Of a DNA stretch of 34,782 nt, positions 24,259 to 34,782 are shown piece by piece; position 1 is the first letter of the stretch, and every line of letters starts with the position of its first letter. The position numbers were made by a program, and so were the translations under genes. Source of the DNA: Octopus bimaculoides (taxonomy: Eukaryota); the NCBI RefSeq assembly GCF_001194135.2, contig NC_068988.1:79219839-79254620 (forward strand). Reading direction: 5' to 3'. The notes under the pieces are model-generated. The model was not told the DNA's origin and made no database searches. It saw only the letters and a program-made list of their open reading frames with translations.

Positions 24259-25425
24259 CTGCGTGTGGTGTATCCCTTTGCGTATATTCATGTACATACA
24301 TGTGTACATTCATGTATGCATTTGTGAAAATGCTAGTATGTATTTATGAAGTAATACATACGTAAACATTGAATACTGATCAAGGATTTTTTGCATATAT
24401 TGTATCTACATGTGTATTTATATACATAAGTATAATACACATATGTGCGATGATATATTCTGTATATATGACGATATATAGTGATGTGCATAATGATGCA
24501 TGTAAATAAATAGGAATGTTCCTGTATATNNNNNNNNNNNNNNNNNNNNNNNNNNNNNNNNNNNNNNNNNNNNNNNNNNNNNNNNNNNNNNNNNNNNNNN
24601 NNNNNNNNNNNNNNNNNNNNNNNNNNNNNNNNNNNNNNNNNNNNNNNNNNNNNNNNNNNNNNNNNNNNNNNNNNNNNNNNNNNNNNNNNNNNNNNNNNNN
24701 NNNNNNNNNNNNNNNNNNNNNNNNNNNNNNNNNNNNNNNNNNNNNNNNNNNNNNNNNNNNNNNNNNNNNNNNNNNNNNNNNNNNNNNNNNNNNNNNNNNN
24801 NNNNNNNNNNNNNNNNNNNNNNNNNNNNNNNNNNNNNNNNNNNNNNNNNNNNNNNNNNNNNNNNNNNNNNNNNNNNNNNNNNNNNNNNNNNNNNNNNNNN
24901 NNNNNNNNNNNNNNNNNNNNNNNNNNNNNNNNNNNNNNNNNNNNNNNNNNNNNNNNNNNNNNNNNNNNNNNNNNNNNNNNNNNNNNNNNNNNNNNNNNNN
25001 NNNNNNNNNNNNNNNNNNNNNNNNNNNNNNNNNNNNNNNNNNNNNNNNNNNNNNNNNNNNNNNNNNNNNNNNNNNNNNNNNNNNNNNNNNNNNNNNNNNN
25101 NNNNNNNNNNNNNNNNNNNNNNNNNNNNNNNNNNNNNNNNNNNNNNNNNNNNNNNNNNNNNNNNNNNNNNNNNNNNNNNNNNNNNNNNNNNNNNNNNNNN
25201 NNNNNNNNNNNNNNNNNNNNNNNNNNNNNNNNNNNNNNNNNNNNNNNNNNNNNNNNNNNNNNNNNNNNNNNNNNNNNNNNNNNNNNNNNNNNNNNNNNNN
25301 NNNNNNNNNNNNNNNNNNNNNNNNNNNNNNNNNNNNNNNNNNAAATATGTGACATATTTTTACAGATAAATTCCTCTATTTACATAATATCGAGGTCTCT
25401 TTCTTTCTTTTGTTGTCCTTCCTAT

Positions 25426-25464
<39 letters not shown>

Positions 25465-26570
25465 CACACTGTATTAACAGACGAATGTTAGACCGGTGTT
25501 AATATATGTTTGTGTATTAATTTTATATATGTTTTCCTCAATTTTATAAACAACCTACAATAGCATTTCATATATCTCCTGTTTCATGTGATACCCTTCT
25601 TCATTGTAATTTACAATTTAATCTCTAATTATTTACCCATTATTACCCTAATTATATTTACATATTAACTCTTACCCACTAACACAACCTGTAATCTCCT
25701 ATCTCAAGCATATACCACTATTAGCCATAAATGTTATTATTCAGTCTGCTGTGATGATTCTAAAATACAACACATAAAAATCCTAAGGGTATATCTTTTA
25801 TCTACCCCTGTGATGAGATTTTGCCCAAAATAATGATTTTAATAACATTTATTCAATCTTTATTGGGTTTAATTGAAATAGCTCTAAGGGACTATGTTTG
25901 ATTTTTGCTGATAATAAATTTTTAGCAAATGCTATATCTCCGTTTTCTTGTTTTTCACTTGAATGTATATATATATATATATATNNNNNNNNNNNNNNNN
26001 NNNNNNNNNNNNNNNNNNNNNNNNNNNNNNNNNNNNNNNNNNNNNNNNNNNNNNNNNNNNNNNNNNNNNNNNNNNNNNNNNNNNNNNNNNNNNNNNNNNN
26101 NNNNNNNNNNNNNNNNNNNNNNNNNNNNNNNNNNNNNNNNNNNNNNNNNNNNNNNNNNNNNNNNNNNNNNNNNNNNNNNNNNNNNNNNNNNNNNNNNNNN
26201 NNNNNNNNNNNNNNNNNNNNNNNNNNNNNNNNNNNNNNNNNNNNNNNNNNNNNNNNNNNNNNNNNNNNNNNNNNNNNNNNNNNNNNNNNNNNNNNNNNNN
26301 NNNNNNNNNNNNNNNNNNNNNNNNNNNNNNNNNNNNNNNNNNNNNNNNNNNNNNNNNNNNNNNNNNNNNNNNNNNNNNNNNNNNNNNNNNNNNNNNNNNN
26401 NNNNNNNNNNNNNNNNNNNNNNNNNNNNNNNNNNNNNNNNNNNNNNNNNNNNNNNNNNNNNNNNNNNNNNNNNNNNNNNNNNNNNNNNNNNNNNNNNNNN
26501 NNNNNNNNNNNNNNNNNNNNNNNNNNNNNNNNNNNNNNNNNNNNNNNNNNNNNNNNNNNNNNNNNNNNNN

Positions 26571-26735
26571 GGGACAGTACTTAACCACGTCGAAGTGTGT
26601 ATCAATGGATCGAAAAGTTTAAAAGTGGCCGGACAAGCACGACGCTCGAAGAGGGGGCAGGACGCCGGTCACCCTCCGCCACCGACGAGAAGATTCAGCA
26701 AGCTCGAGATATGGTAGTGGTGAATCGGTTCACCA
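26571..26735 (+). pseudogene. mariner-type transposase N-terminal HTH fragment
   Basis: GDST*PRRSVYQWIEKFKSGRTS...GR.PSATDEKIQQARDMVVVNR matches the mariner motif WxxxFxxGRxSxxDxxRSGRP. Confidence 0.8.
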
Positions 26736-27596
26736 TTACCCTCTTTCGGAACATTGCTCTTTGTTCTTCTTTAGTGTACTCTGCTAGCGGAGAGGCCACG
26801 TTTACACTGTCAAGCCAGAACAAAAATTGGCGCGATCAGGCTCAAACTTCGATCACGTGACCACAATAGTACCAACTATAAGCACGCATGCGCAGAAAGT
26901 AGTGTGACGATAATAAACTTCTGAATTTTAAATTTGTATATGGCTTTACTATATTTTCAACACTCGGATTTTAAGCGAACTATAAATTTTATGGACATAC
27001 AATATTTTATATATTTTAGTATTGCTTTTAAAAAGCAAGTAGGACTGTATTTTTGTACATTCTTAATATTTTCTTAACATATTTATATATATTTATATCA
27101 ACATATTTTTAATGTACTTTGATATATTTTGAAAAGTTTATATATCTATATATTGTTAGCACATGATTTGTTGCATATAATGATTTCACAAAAGAATATA
27201 TTTTGGTAACCTATATTTTGTTTCTCTTCATTATTTCTACTGTTTTTCTGTAGCTCAAATACTCTGTATACTTCGATGCACTATATATAGAAATAATCCT
27301 ATCTCTAATATATATATATATGTACGTATGTATGTATTCATGTGCACATGTACACACAAACAGACGCGCACACATACACATGCACGCGCACACATAACAC
27401 ATATACATACATTACCTATGTATATATGTATTTTGAACTAATAAATTAACTATTTTATTGTGTCTGAGGAGAATCCTTTTCATGACTCTCCCCAGACACA
27501 ACAGAATATGCTTCAACACACGAACTCACATAAAGAATCTTGCAAACCAAATCCTAAAACAAAATTAGCTATTATTGCTATTATTATTATTGTTTA

Positions 27597-27812
27597 AAGC
27601 GGCGAGCTGGCAGAGTCGTTAGCCCGCTGGACGAAATGCTTAATGGTGCTTTGCCCGTCGCTACGTTCTGAGTTCAAATTCCGCCGAGGTTGACGTTGCT
27701 TTCCATCCTTTTCGGAGGTCGATAAAATTAGTACCAGTTGCGCACTGGAGTTGATGTAATCGACTGTATGCCTTCCCCCAAACTTGAGGCCTTGTGCTTC
27801 CAGTAGAAAGGA
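27597..27812 (+). mobile_element. SINE (third family), near full length
   Basis: GCGGCGAGCTGGCAGA...GAGTTCAAATTCCGCCGAGG...GTCGATAAAATTAGTACCAG...AGAAAGGATTATT. Confidence 0.85.
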
Positions 27813-27860
27813 TTATTATTATTAGTAGTAGTAGTAATAGTTGTAGTAGTAGTATCGTTT

Positions 27861-28047
27861 AAGACGCTGAGCTAGCAGAGTCGTTAGCACGCTGGATGAA
27901 ATGCTTACCGGTATTTCGCCCGTCACTACGTTCTGAGTTCAAATTCCGCCGAGGTCGATGAAATAAGTACCAGCTGAACACTGGGGTCGATGTAATCGAC
28001 TGATCCCCTCCCCCAAAATTGCTGCCATTGGGGCAAAATTTGAAACC
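27861..28047 (+). mobile_element. SINE (third family), tandem neighbour with internal deletion
   Basis: Same head and box B; lacks the CCTTTCATCCTTTCGG segment; different tail (TTTGAAACCATTATT). Confidence 0.8.
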
Positions 28048-28609
28048 ATTATTATCGTTGATGTTGTTGCTATTGTTGTGGTCGTCGCTGCTGCTGTTGT
28101 TTCTCTTATCATCATCATCATTTATTCTGCTTCGATATAGTAGTGATGTGCTCGGTGTTACATTATGCTATTATGCTTACTGCTGGAGATCGCAACACAC
28201 AACCACTAAACCTCAAACTTTTATGAAGAAAGAACAGTCGAAAGCTGTGCCAAAACTAAACAGAAACGCTGTTTCAATATTCCTTTTAACATCGAATGCA
28301 AGATTTCAGTCCTCGAGTAGAAGTGTAAATGTTGTTGACCAGGATTTTTTAAGACCTTTCTATTTCAGGAAGTTTTTGTTTATCAGTAATTCCAATAAAC
28401 GTAACTATTCATATAAGTAAGAGTAGTTGGTTTTTTTTTTTTTATGTCCCGACTTTCATCAGAAACAGTTTGAGTTTAGATGCAGTGGAAAGGTTCTTCA
28501 ATAGTAGTTTTCAATTAGTTTTATGCTCTATATATTTTTCAGATGTTTCTATCACATCAGTTCAATCATATACATACATAAATACATACATACATACATA
28601 CATGCATGC

Positions 28610-28657
<48 letters not shown>

Positions 28658-29211
28658 NNNNNNNNNNTTCAATAGTAGTTTTCAATTAGTTTTATGCTCT
28701 ATATATTTTTCAGATGTTTCTATCACATCAGTTCAATCATATACATACATATATTTGTGGGTGTGTGTATGTATATATATATGAATATAGATATATATGG
28801 ATGGATGTTTTTATGCCAATAGAGTAGCGGTATTTATACACGCACACACATACACATACACATGGACACACGTACACATGCACGCGCACGCATATTTTAG
28901 TTCGTTAATGTAAGACACTTCGCTATATATACTCGGTTTCGCTTGGCATGTTGTTGCCAGCAGGTTGTTAGCTATATTCGCAGGGGATGAATACAATTTC
29001 CGGGTTATAACCGGTTAATGGGTCTGGCTATAGTTCATAGTGAATACATGAGATAGAGTAAAATAATAATAAAAATTTTGATAGAAAATGAAAAATGGTA
29101 AAGGATAAGAATTAAAAGATTAAATGATGTAAGATAAGTATACACTTGTTGACATAAACACATATATAGACGTACATGGACACACCACACCCCACGCTTA
29201 GGCTCAGTATG

Positions 29212-29975
29212 TTATTTGAAACAAGACATCCAATGCGATGCATTCTGCACTGGAGATTGCAGCACAACCCCATGAATATATCGTACGTTAATCATTCAAC
29301 TTAGAGTACTACATACATAAATAAGAAATCAACCAAGGGTCGAGTAATCTACCTAATAACCCCCAACCATGGGTGGCGGTTCCTCAATGGACGCGATAAA
29401 GAAACGATGATAATATTCCTCTAGCTGATAATAGTTACAACACGATGGACACTAAAACCAATTGGGGAAAAAATGATAACACTAAGAGAGTTAGCAACAG
29501 AACCAGACCTAAAACGGGGGTGAAAACAACGGGCAGTACACACCAAGATATGACAAACTATAACAATTGCACATACTAGGATAAAACAAAATGTCCACTG
29601 CAGAACCTCTGTACGAGTCGCAATGTAATATACAAATGCACTGTGTACACCAGAGTGAGCCCGTATGTGTACATAGGTGCATCAGCAGATATTTTCAAGA
29701 ATCGCTATAGAAGCCTCATCACCTACTTCAAAAGTGTCAAGAGACATTCGACATCACTGGAAGATTTAATCTGGAAATTGAAAGACGAGAAGATTAAATA
29801 TGACTTGACTTGGTCAATAATAAAGCATACTAATCCATATAACACTCTTTCCAAAAAGTGCCAACTATATTCCGAGGAATCCTTATGCATAATGTTGACC
29901 AAGAATAGGATTGTTGCTTGTTGACAGATTTTCGGAGCGATTGATAAGATGTTTGCATACGAACAAATATACATT
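29212..29975 (+). pseudogene. Second Penelope-like remnant: linker and GIY-YIG endonuclease
   Basis: NISYV (cf. KISYS), NCTY*DKTKCPLQNLCTSRNVIYKCTV...YIGAS..FKNRY...HSTSL..LIWKLK....Y.LTWSII....PY......CQL..EE; colinear with 7740-8088. Confidence 0.85.
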
Positions 29976-30703
29976 TTCACAACACAATAGGAACGGTTTA
30001 TCATAATTACAGATCTGATCATCAATTACAGATTGCTTGACAGTTAGATAACCTAAGCTCTCCATAAGTGAAAACATCCTGCAATACACTTTATAAACAT
30101 ACACCACGGAATTACTTAAAAGGCCTGCTGTACTGTTTAAAGTGAACATTACACCTTCTCGCACACTGTCCTGCATATACATATGTTTGTCCTACAGTTT
30201 TGATTTCGGTGCGACGAAAAATACCAACATGTGCTGCAATATGTGCAGCAACATTGAATAAAAGTCACCACCCTAAAGTGTGTTTCGTGTGTTATATGTT
30301 ATATATTTTACGGTATATTGTATATTGCATGTTATAAACTGTAGAATTTTGAATTCCATTAACTCACATAAACCGACCATACAATTATAGACTGTTTATA
30401 CAAGCAGTATTAACTTACTATGTAACTCTTACTTATACAATATGCATTGAAATTAATGTCGAATTATCTATGTAAGCTGGAAGTGTTTGTGTGTCCGACT
30501 TACCTACGAAGCTTGTATGGAAATCAATATGCCACTAGACACATATCTGCCTTCCAGAAAGAAGTACTGGCGTATGTACATACGTTATAGCTATGTACAT
30601 GCATGTGTATGTGTGTGTGGAGGATTGCATTTTTTTATATATCTCGGGATGTACATATACAGGTACACACACAAACATAGATGTTTATGTGTGTACCTGT
30701 ATA

Positions 30704-30750
<47 letters not shown>

Positions 30751-31656
30751 NNNNNNNNNNNNNNNNNNNNNNNNNNNNNNNNNNNNNNNNNNNNNNNNNN
30801 NNNNNNNNNNNNNNNNNNNNNNNNNNNNNNNNNNNNNNNNNNNNNNNNNNNNNNNNNNNNNNNNNNNNNNNNNNNNNNNNNNNNNNNNNNNNNNNNNNNN
30901 NNNNNNNNNNNNNNNNNNNNNNNNNNNNNNNNNNNNNNNNNNNNNNNNNNNNNNNNNNNNNNNNNNNNNNNNNNNNNNNNNNNNNNNNNNNNNNNNNNNN
31001 NNNNNNNNNNNNNNNNNNNNNNNNNNNNNNNNNNNNNNNNNNNNNNNNNNNNNNNNNNNNNNNNNNNNNNNNNNNNNNNNNNNNNNNNNNNNNNNNNNNN
31101 NNNNNNNNNNNNNNNNNNNNNNNNNNNNNNNNNNNNNNNNNNNNNNNNNNNNNNNNNNNNNNNNNNNNNNNNNNNNNNNNNNNNNNNNNNNNNNNNNNNN
31201 NNNNNNNNNNNNNNNNNNNNNNNNNNNNNNNNNNNNNNNNNNNNNNNNNNNNNNNNNNNNNNNNNNNNNNNNNNNNNNNNNNNNNNNNNNNNNNNNNNNN
31301 NNNNNNNNNNNNNNNNNNNNNNNNNNNNNNNNNNNNNNNNNNNNNNNNNNNNNNNNNNNNNNNNNNNNNNNNNNNNNNNNNNNNNNNNNNNNNNNNNNNN
31401 NNNNNNNNNNNNNNNNNNNNNNNNNNNNNNNNNNNNNNNNNNNNNNNNNNNNNNNNNNNNNNNNNNNNNNNNNNNNNNNNNNNNNNNNNNNNNNNNNNNN
31501 NNNNNNNNNNNNNNNNNNNNNNNNNNNNNNNNNNNNNNNNNNNNNNNNNNNNNNNNNNNNNNNNNNNNNNNNNNNNNNNNNNNNNNNNNNNNNNNNNNNN
31601 NNNNNNNNNNNNNNNNNNNNNNNNNNNNNNNNNNNNNNNNNNNNNNNNNNNNNNNN

Positions 31657-31770
31657 TTCTTTCAGTTTCAGTCTACAAATCCACTCACAAGGCTTTGGTC
31701 GGCCCGAGGCTATAGTAGAAGACACTTGCCCAAGGTGCCACGCAGTGGGACTGAACCCGGAACCATGTGG
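31657..31770 (-). mobile_element. CORE-type tRNA SINE fragment
   Basis: Minus: CCACATGGTTCCGGGTTCAGTCCC (box B-like) then CCTTGGGCAAGTGTCTT (CORE-like); cut by the gap on one side and by a palindrome on the other. Confidence 0.8.
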
Positions 31771-31771
31771 T

Positions 31772-31871
31772 TAGTGGTGATCAAAAGCGTGAACCATGCA
31801 GGCGAGTTTAGTAATATATATATATACATTACTAAACTTGCCTGCACGGTTCATGCCTTCGATCGCCACTA
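31772..31871. mobile_element. 100-bp palindromic MITE-like element with TA ends
   Basis: 44-bp arms at 31772-31815 and 31828-31871, 38/44 matching, around an (AT)n spacer. Confidence 0.65.
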
Positions 31872-32282
31872 AGATTGCTAGTTACTAGTAATAATTCTAT
31901 ATACATATATAAATTAGCCACTTACTTCGTTTCGAAATGTGTTTTGAGCCTTCGCACGAACAAGTATGGTGAGTCGAATAACTTTTAAATTTTAGCTTTG
32001 TTTACAGTAGACTTTGCTGAAGAAGGACAAGCGACCCCTTTTCCGATTTTCACGAAGGTAAGACCCATAATTTTTATTCGCCGCCCGCCTTTCACCATGC
32101 TTGTTTGAAGTGAGCTCTATATAATTTAGAGGTTCGTTTGACTCTTATTTCTAACGAACTTGGTGCTTTACAGCACCATTATTATAATATATTATATATA
32201 TGAATAAAAAACGAATGAAAACGGACAGCATGAGGACGTGCACAAGAAATGTATTAGCTTAACGCTTGGTGAAAGGAGAGAG

Positions 32283-32316
32283 TTTGACGTTTCGAGCATA
32301 GCACTTCGTCGGAAAA
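32283..32316 (-). ncRNA. Minimal hammerhead-like motif downstream of the third PLE
   Basis: Minus: UUUU CCGACGA A GUGC-UAU-GCUC GAAA CG UC AAA. Core has U4C, stem II has one mismatch, stem III is ACGU, cleavage triplet GUC. Confidence 0.5.
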
Positions 32317-32843
32317 GTGAAAAGGGAAAATTGCGAAGAAGGAAAAGAAATCGCCAATGGCACACGAGTAGTTACATATATATATATATATATGAAACTT
32401 ACTGGGAGGCAATGCGTGGTGTTCGATCATATAATAATATAAATTATATATAATTATATGCATATATCCATACATATATGTACATACCAACATCTATATG
32501 TATACATACAAGCATATATGAGTACAGGACATCACAAAAAACGTTAAACACAATGAGAAACGAAAACATAAAGACGAAGACAGAAAACGAACTGTCTCCC
32601 CTTTTATTCCAAACATTCAGTTTTGGAGAGAATTTTTTGAGGAAATGTAATTCTGCATGAAAAAGCATTAGTATGATATTTAAAAATTAATATATATATA
32701 TATATATATACGCAAAGCTAGAATACCCCAATGCAACAAATATATATACCTGAACATTTGTAGAGGTGAGCCACATTTGGAATAGAAAATACAAATTCTC
32801 CGCATTATCTTCAAACATTCAATTTTGGAGAGAATCCCTTGAA

Positions 32844-32890
<47 letters not shown>

Positions 32891-33114
32891 CGTGCGTGTG
32901 TGTATATGCGTTGAAAAACAAAATAACACTTCTTTCAATTTCATGTTTTTGCATTAGAGAACATTAGTATAACACTTACAAGCTACAAAAACACGCAAAG
33001 CTCAGGGCATCTCAATGCCACACATATGCACTTGAATATTTACAGAGATGAATATCATGTCTCCGATATTTGTGTTATATTTAGAATACAAAATGTACTG
33101 TAACCGCTTTTCTT

Positions 33115-33968
33115 TCAAACATTCAGTTTTGGAGAGAATTTTTTGACGAAATGTAGTTCCATTACTTTTCGGTATTGCGGATCGTCCCGTGCACATTTGT
33201 AAAAGGGAAAAATTTTGAATTTTCTGTCGCTGCATATGTCCAGATGGCTATTTAATGGAATCTTGCGTAATTCCTCTTGTCAGATATGTTTTCCTGTGGA
33301 TTCTTGCACGTTGTTTCGCCAATGTAACTTCTTTGCAGTTTGGGCAGGTAATGCAGTATAGGGAGTTTTGCGTTTTGCATTTCATATCTGCATTTATTTT
33401 CAAAAGGGATCCGCTCTTGAATTTTATGTGGGAACCACTTTCCAAGTATTTGAAGTTGTTGTTGTTGTTGTTGTTGCATGTTCCACATCTATCTCCACAT
33501 TCTTTTACTAAGAATCATGATTCATTCTCTGATTTGAATTTTGCCCTTGTGAGGTGTATTTTAAGATTTTTTGGTTGGTATCTACTATTCCGTAAGGTGA
33601 TTATTACAATCAGATTTTTTCATATTGGGGCTTTGTAGGAATATAGGTAAGTTCGATTTTATGGGGTGAAAGACGTTGGCTATTCCAGGACTGTGTGTGT
33701 GTGTTAAGGAACGGAATCGTGTTTTCCTTAGATTTTACCTTAGGTGTCCGTAGTTGGATGATGTTCAGTTTCATCGCCTTTTTAATTCCCTCATTATTTA
33801 ATCCTTAGGGTTATTTCTGCATTGTGAGGAAGTCTTTGAATTCGTTGAGACGGATTTCATGTATTTTGGGGTCAGTCGCTATAGCACAGATGCATCTTGC
33901 CATGCTGTATGGGGTGTTTCGAGATGGATGACAAGAGTAGAAATTTAAACATTGGTGTGTGTCAGTTG
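33115..33968 (-). pseudogene. Third Penelope-like remnant: RT thumb and GIY-YIG endonuclease
   Basis: TDTHQCLNFYSCHP..NTPYSMARCIC, SRYQPKNLKIHLTRAKF, KECGDRCGTC, LYCITCPNCKE/SYIGET, KFKIFPFYK...MELHFVKKFSPKLNV* (stop 33115-33117); many stops and frameshifts. Confidence 0.9.
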
Positions 33969-34345
33969 CTCAAACGTCGGAGACAGAGAAATTGGGAGTA
34001 GGGGATGGCCTGTATGGTGTGGAAGAAGTGAGAGGAGGAAAATGAGAGGTAGAGGTGAGAGTCAGTAGGACTGAAGAAGGGAGAAGTGGTGAGAGAGTGG
34101 GCGAGGGGACCAATAGAAGGTGAGAGAGACGTCAAGAAAGCTGACGGAAGCAACGGAGATGACAGGGGTGAACTCAAGAGAAAGATGAAAGGTGGAAACG
34201 AAAGGGATAAAGTTGGTGAGTTGTTCACGGGATAGGGATGTAGCACTATTCGGTCCCGAGAATTATTGTGAGAAGATTTGGGCCTCGACATAACCGACTA
34301 ATAAGTTGGCAAAGTGGGGACCGTTCTCGTGGCTACAATAGTTGG
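33962..34345 (-). pseudogene. Fourth Penelope-like remnant: RT core to thumb, different family
   Basis: GPHFANLLVGYVEAQIFSQ*FSGP-NSATSLSREQLTNFI..V.TFH.SLEFT.VIS..SVSFLDVSL, frameshift, PTDSHLYLSFSSSH...IPYSQFLCLRRLSN. Confidence 0.85.
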
Positions 34346-34495
34346 GTTTGAGAATTTTGGAAAGAAAACAGATGGTGGATGATGATGAGTTTGGCAGCAG
34401 TAAGAAGGGCTGAAGATGAGAAGAGGTCACGGATGGTTTATATATACATACATACATACATATATATATATATACCTATATATATATATATAAAT

Positions 34496-34782
34496 AAAGT
34501 GAAGTGTATTGCCACTTAAGTGTGGCTGACCCCTAGGGGTGGATGTTACTGTTGCTTTAGCCCCAGGAGGACATCTCCTCCAGCTGGCTTATCGACACAC
34601 TACTGTGTCCTGTTTGTTTTGCCAAGGGAAGTTACCCCTCTCATCTTGATCGTAGCACGAACGGACCCGGGTTTCAGGGTTATTTCCCTTCGTCAGCGTT
34701 CGATAGCTACCGACCTTCGATGAGAGGTATAAATTCTTGGCAACCTTATGTATATTTTTCCAGTGAAATTCTTCACTGATAT
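34496..34782 (-). mobile_element. Highly structured HHR-bearing element (PLE pLTR or retrozyme-like); may extend past the window end
   Basis: GC-richer block with a long rod 34619-34743 and several hairpins; its minus-strand 3' end runs into (TA)n. Confidence 0.6.
34652..34710 (-). ncRNA. Type I hammerhead ribozyme with intact core
   Basis: Minus: GUAGC UAU CGAACG CUGACGA AGGG-AAAUAA-CCCU GAAA CCCGGG UC CGUUCG U GCUAC. All core nucleotides present; 6-bp plus 5-bp stem I, 4-bp stem II, palindromic stem III ACCCGGGU. Confidence 0.85.

Larger units (their letters stand above)
10993..31656. other. Assembly gaps (N runs) scattered in this interval
   Basis: N at 10993-11829, 12689-13185, 14052-14359, 17464-18106, 23229-23664, 24530-25342, 25985-26570, 28658-28667 and 30751-31656; most abut microsatellites. 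Confidence 0.98.

Noticed and set aside
28445-28470. Minus-strand CUGAUGA as a hammerhead core
   Set aside because: No GAAA, stem III or stem I downstream.
28497-28751. Exact 84-bp direct duplication (28497-28580 and 28668-28751)
   Set aside because: The identical copies straddle a 10-N gap next to (TA)n; most likely unmerged overlapping contig ends.
28811-28996. Minus ORF SSPANIANNLL... as a PLE thumb fragment
   Set aside because: Resemblance to the SNHP motif region is too weak and the orientation is opposite to the adjacent PLE remnant.
10908-31872. Long ORFs in the track containing X runs
   Set aside because: They are open only because N gaps contain no stop codons.
1-34782. CRISPR arrays, operons or prokaryotic defence systems
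   Set aside because: No repeat-spacer periodicity or gene-dense organisation; the sequence is eukaryotic repeat-rich DNA.

Overview
Eukaryotic, AT-rich, microsatellite-saturated genomic DNA from a draft assembly with nine N gaps. The SINE and microsatellite landscape resembles an octopus (cephalopod) genome; this is inferred by recall, not by a search. I can support no intact host protein-coding gene; almost every long ORF in the track is a microsatellite or gap artefact. The window is a mosaic of decayed transposons: four Penelope-like element (PLE) RT/GIY-YIG remnants, three R4/Dong-type non-LTR pieces in (TAA)n, several tRNA-derived SINE families, mariner, piggyBac and possible hAT relics, and MITE-like foldbacks. 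The main result is a ~4 kb composite (10686-14705) bounded by a 9-bp direct repeat (ACTTTGGTT). It is built as two head-to-head units of tRNA-like Pol III head, (TAA)n and a minimal hammerhead-ribozyme tail, and its right arm was later invaded by R4/Dong copies. Four hammerhead ribozyme (HHR) candidates are present; the one at 34652-34710 (minus) has an intact core and sits in a long rod-like hairpin.
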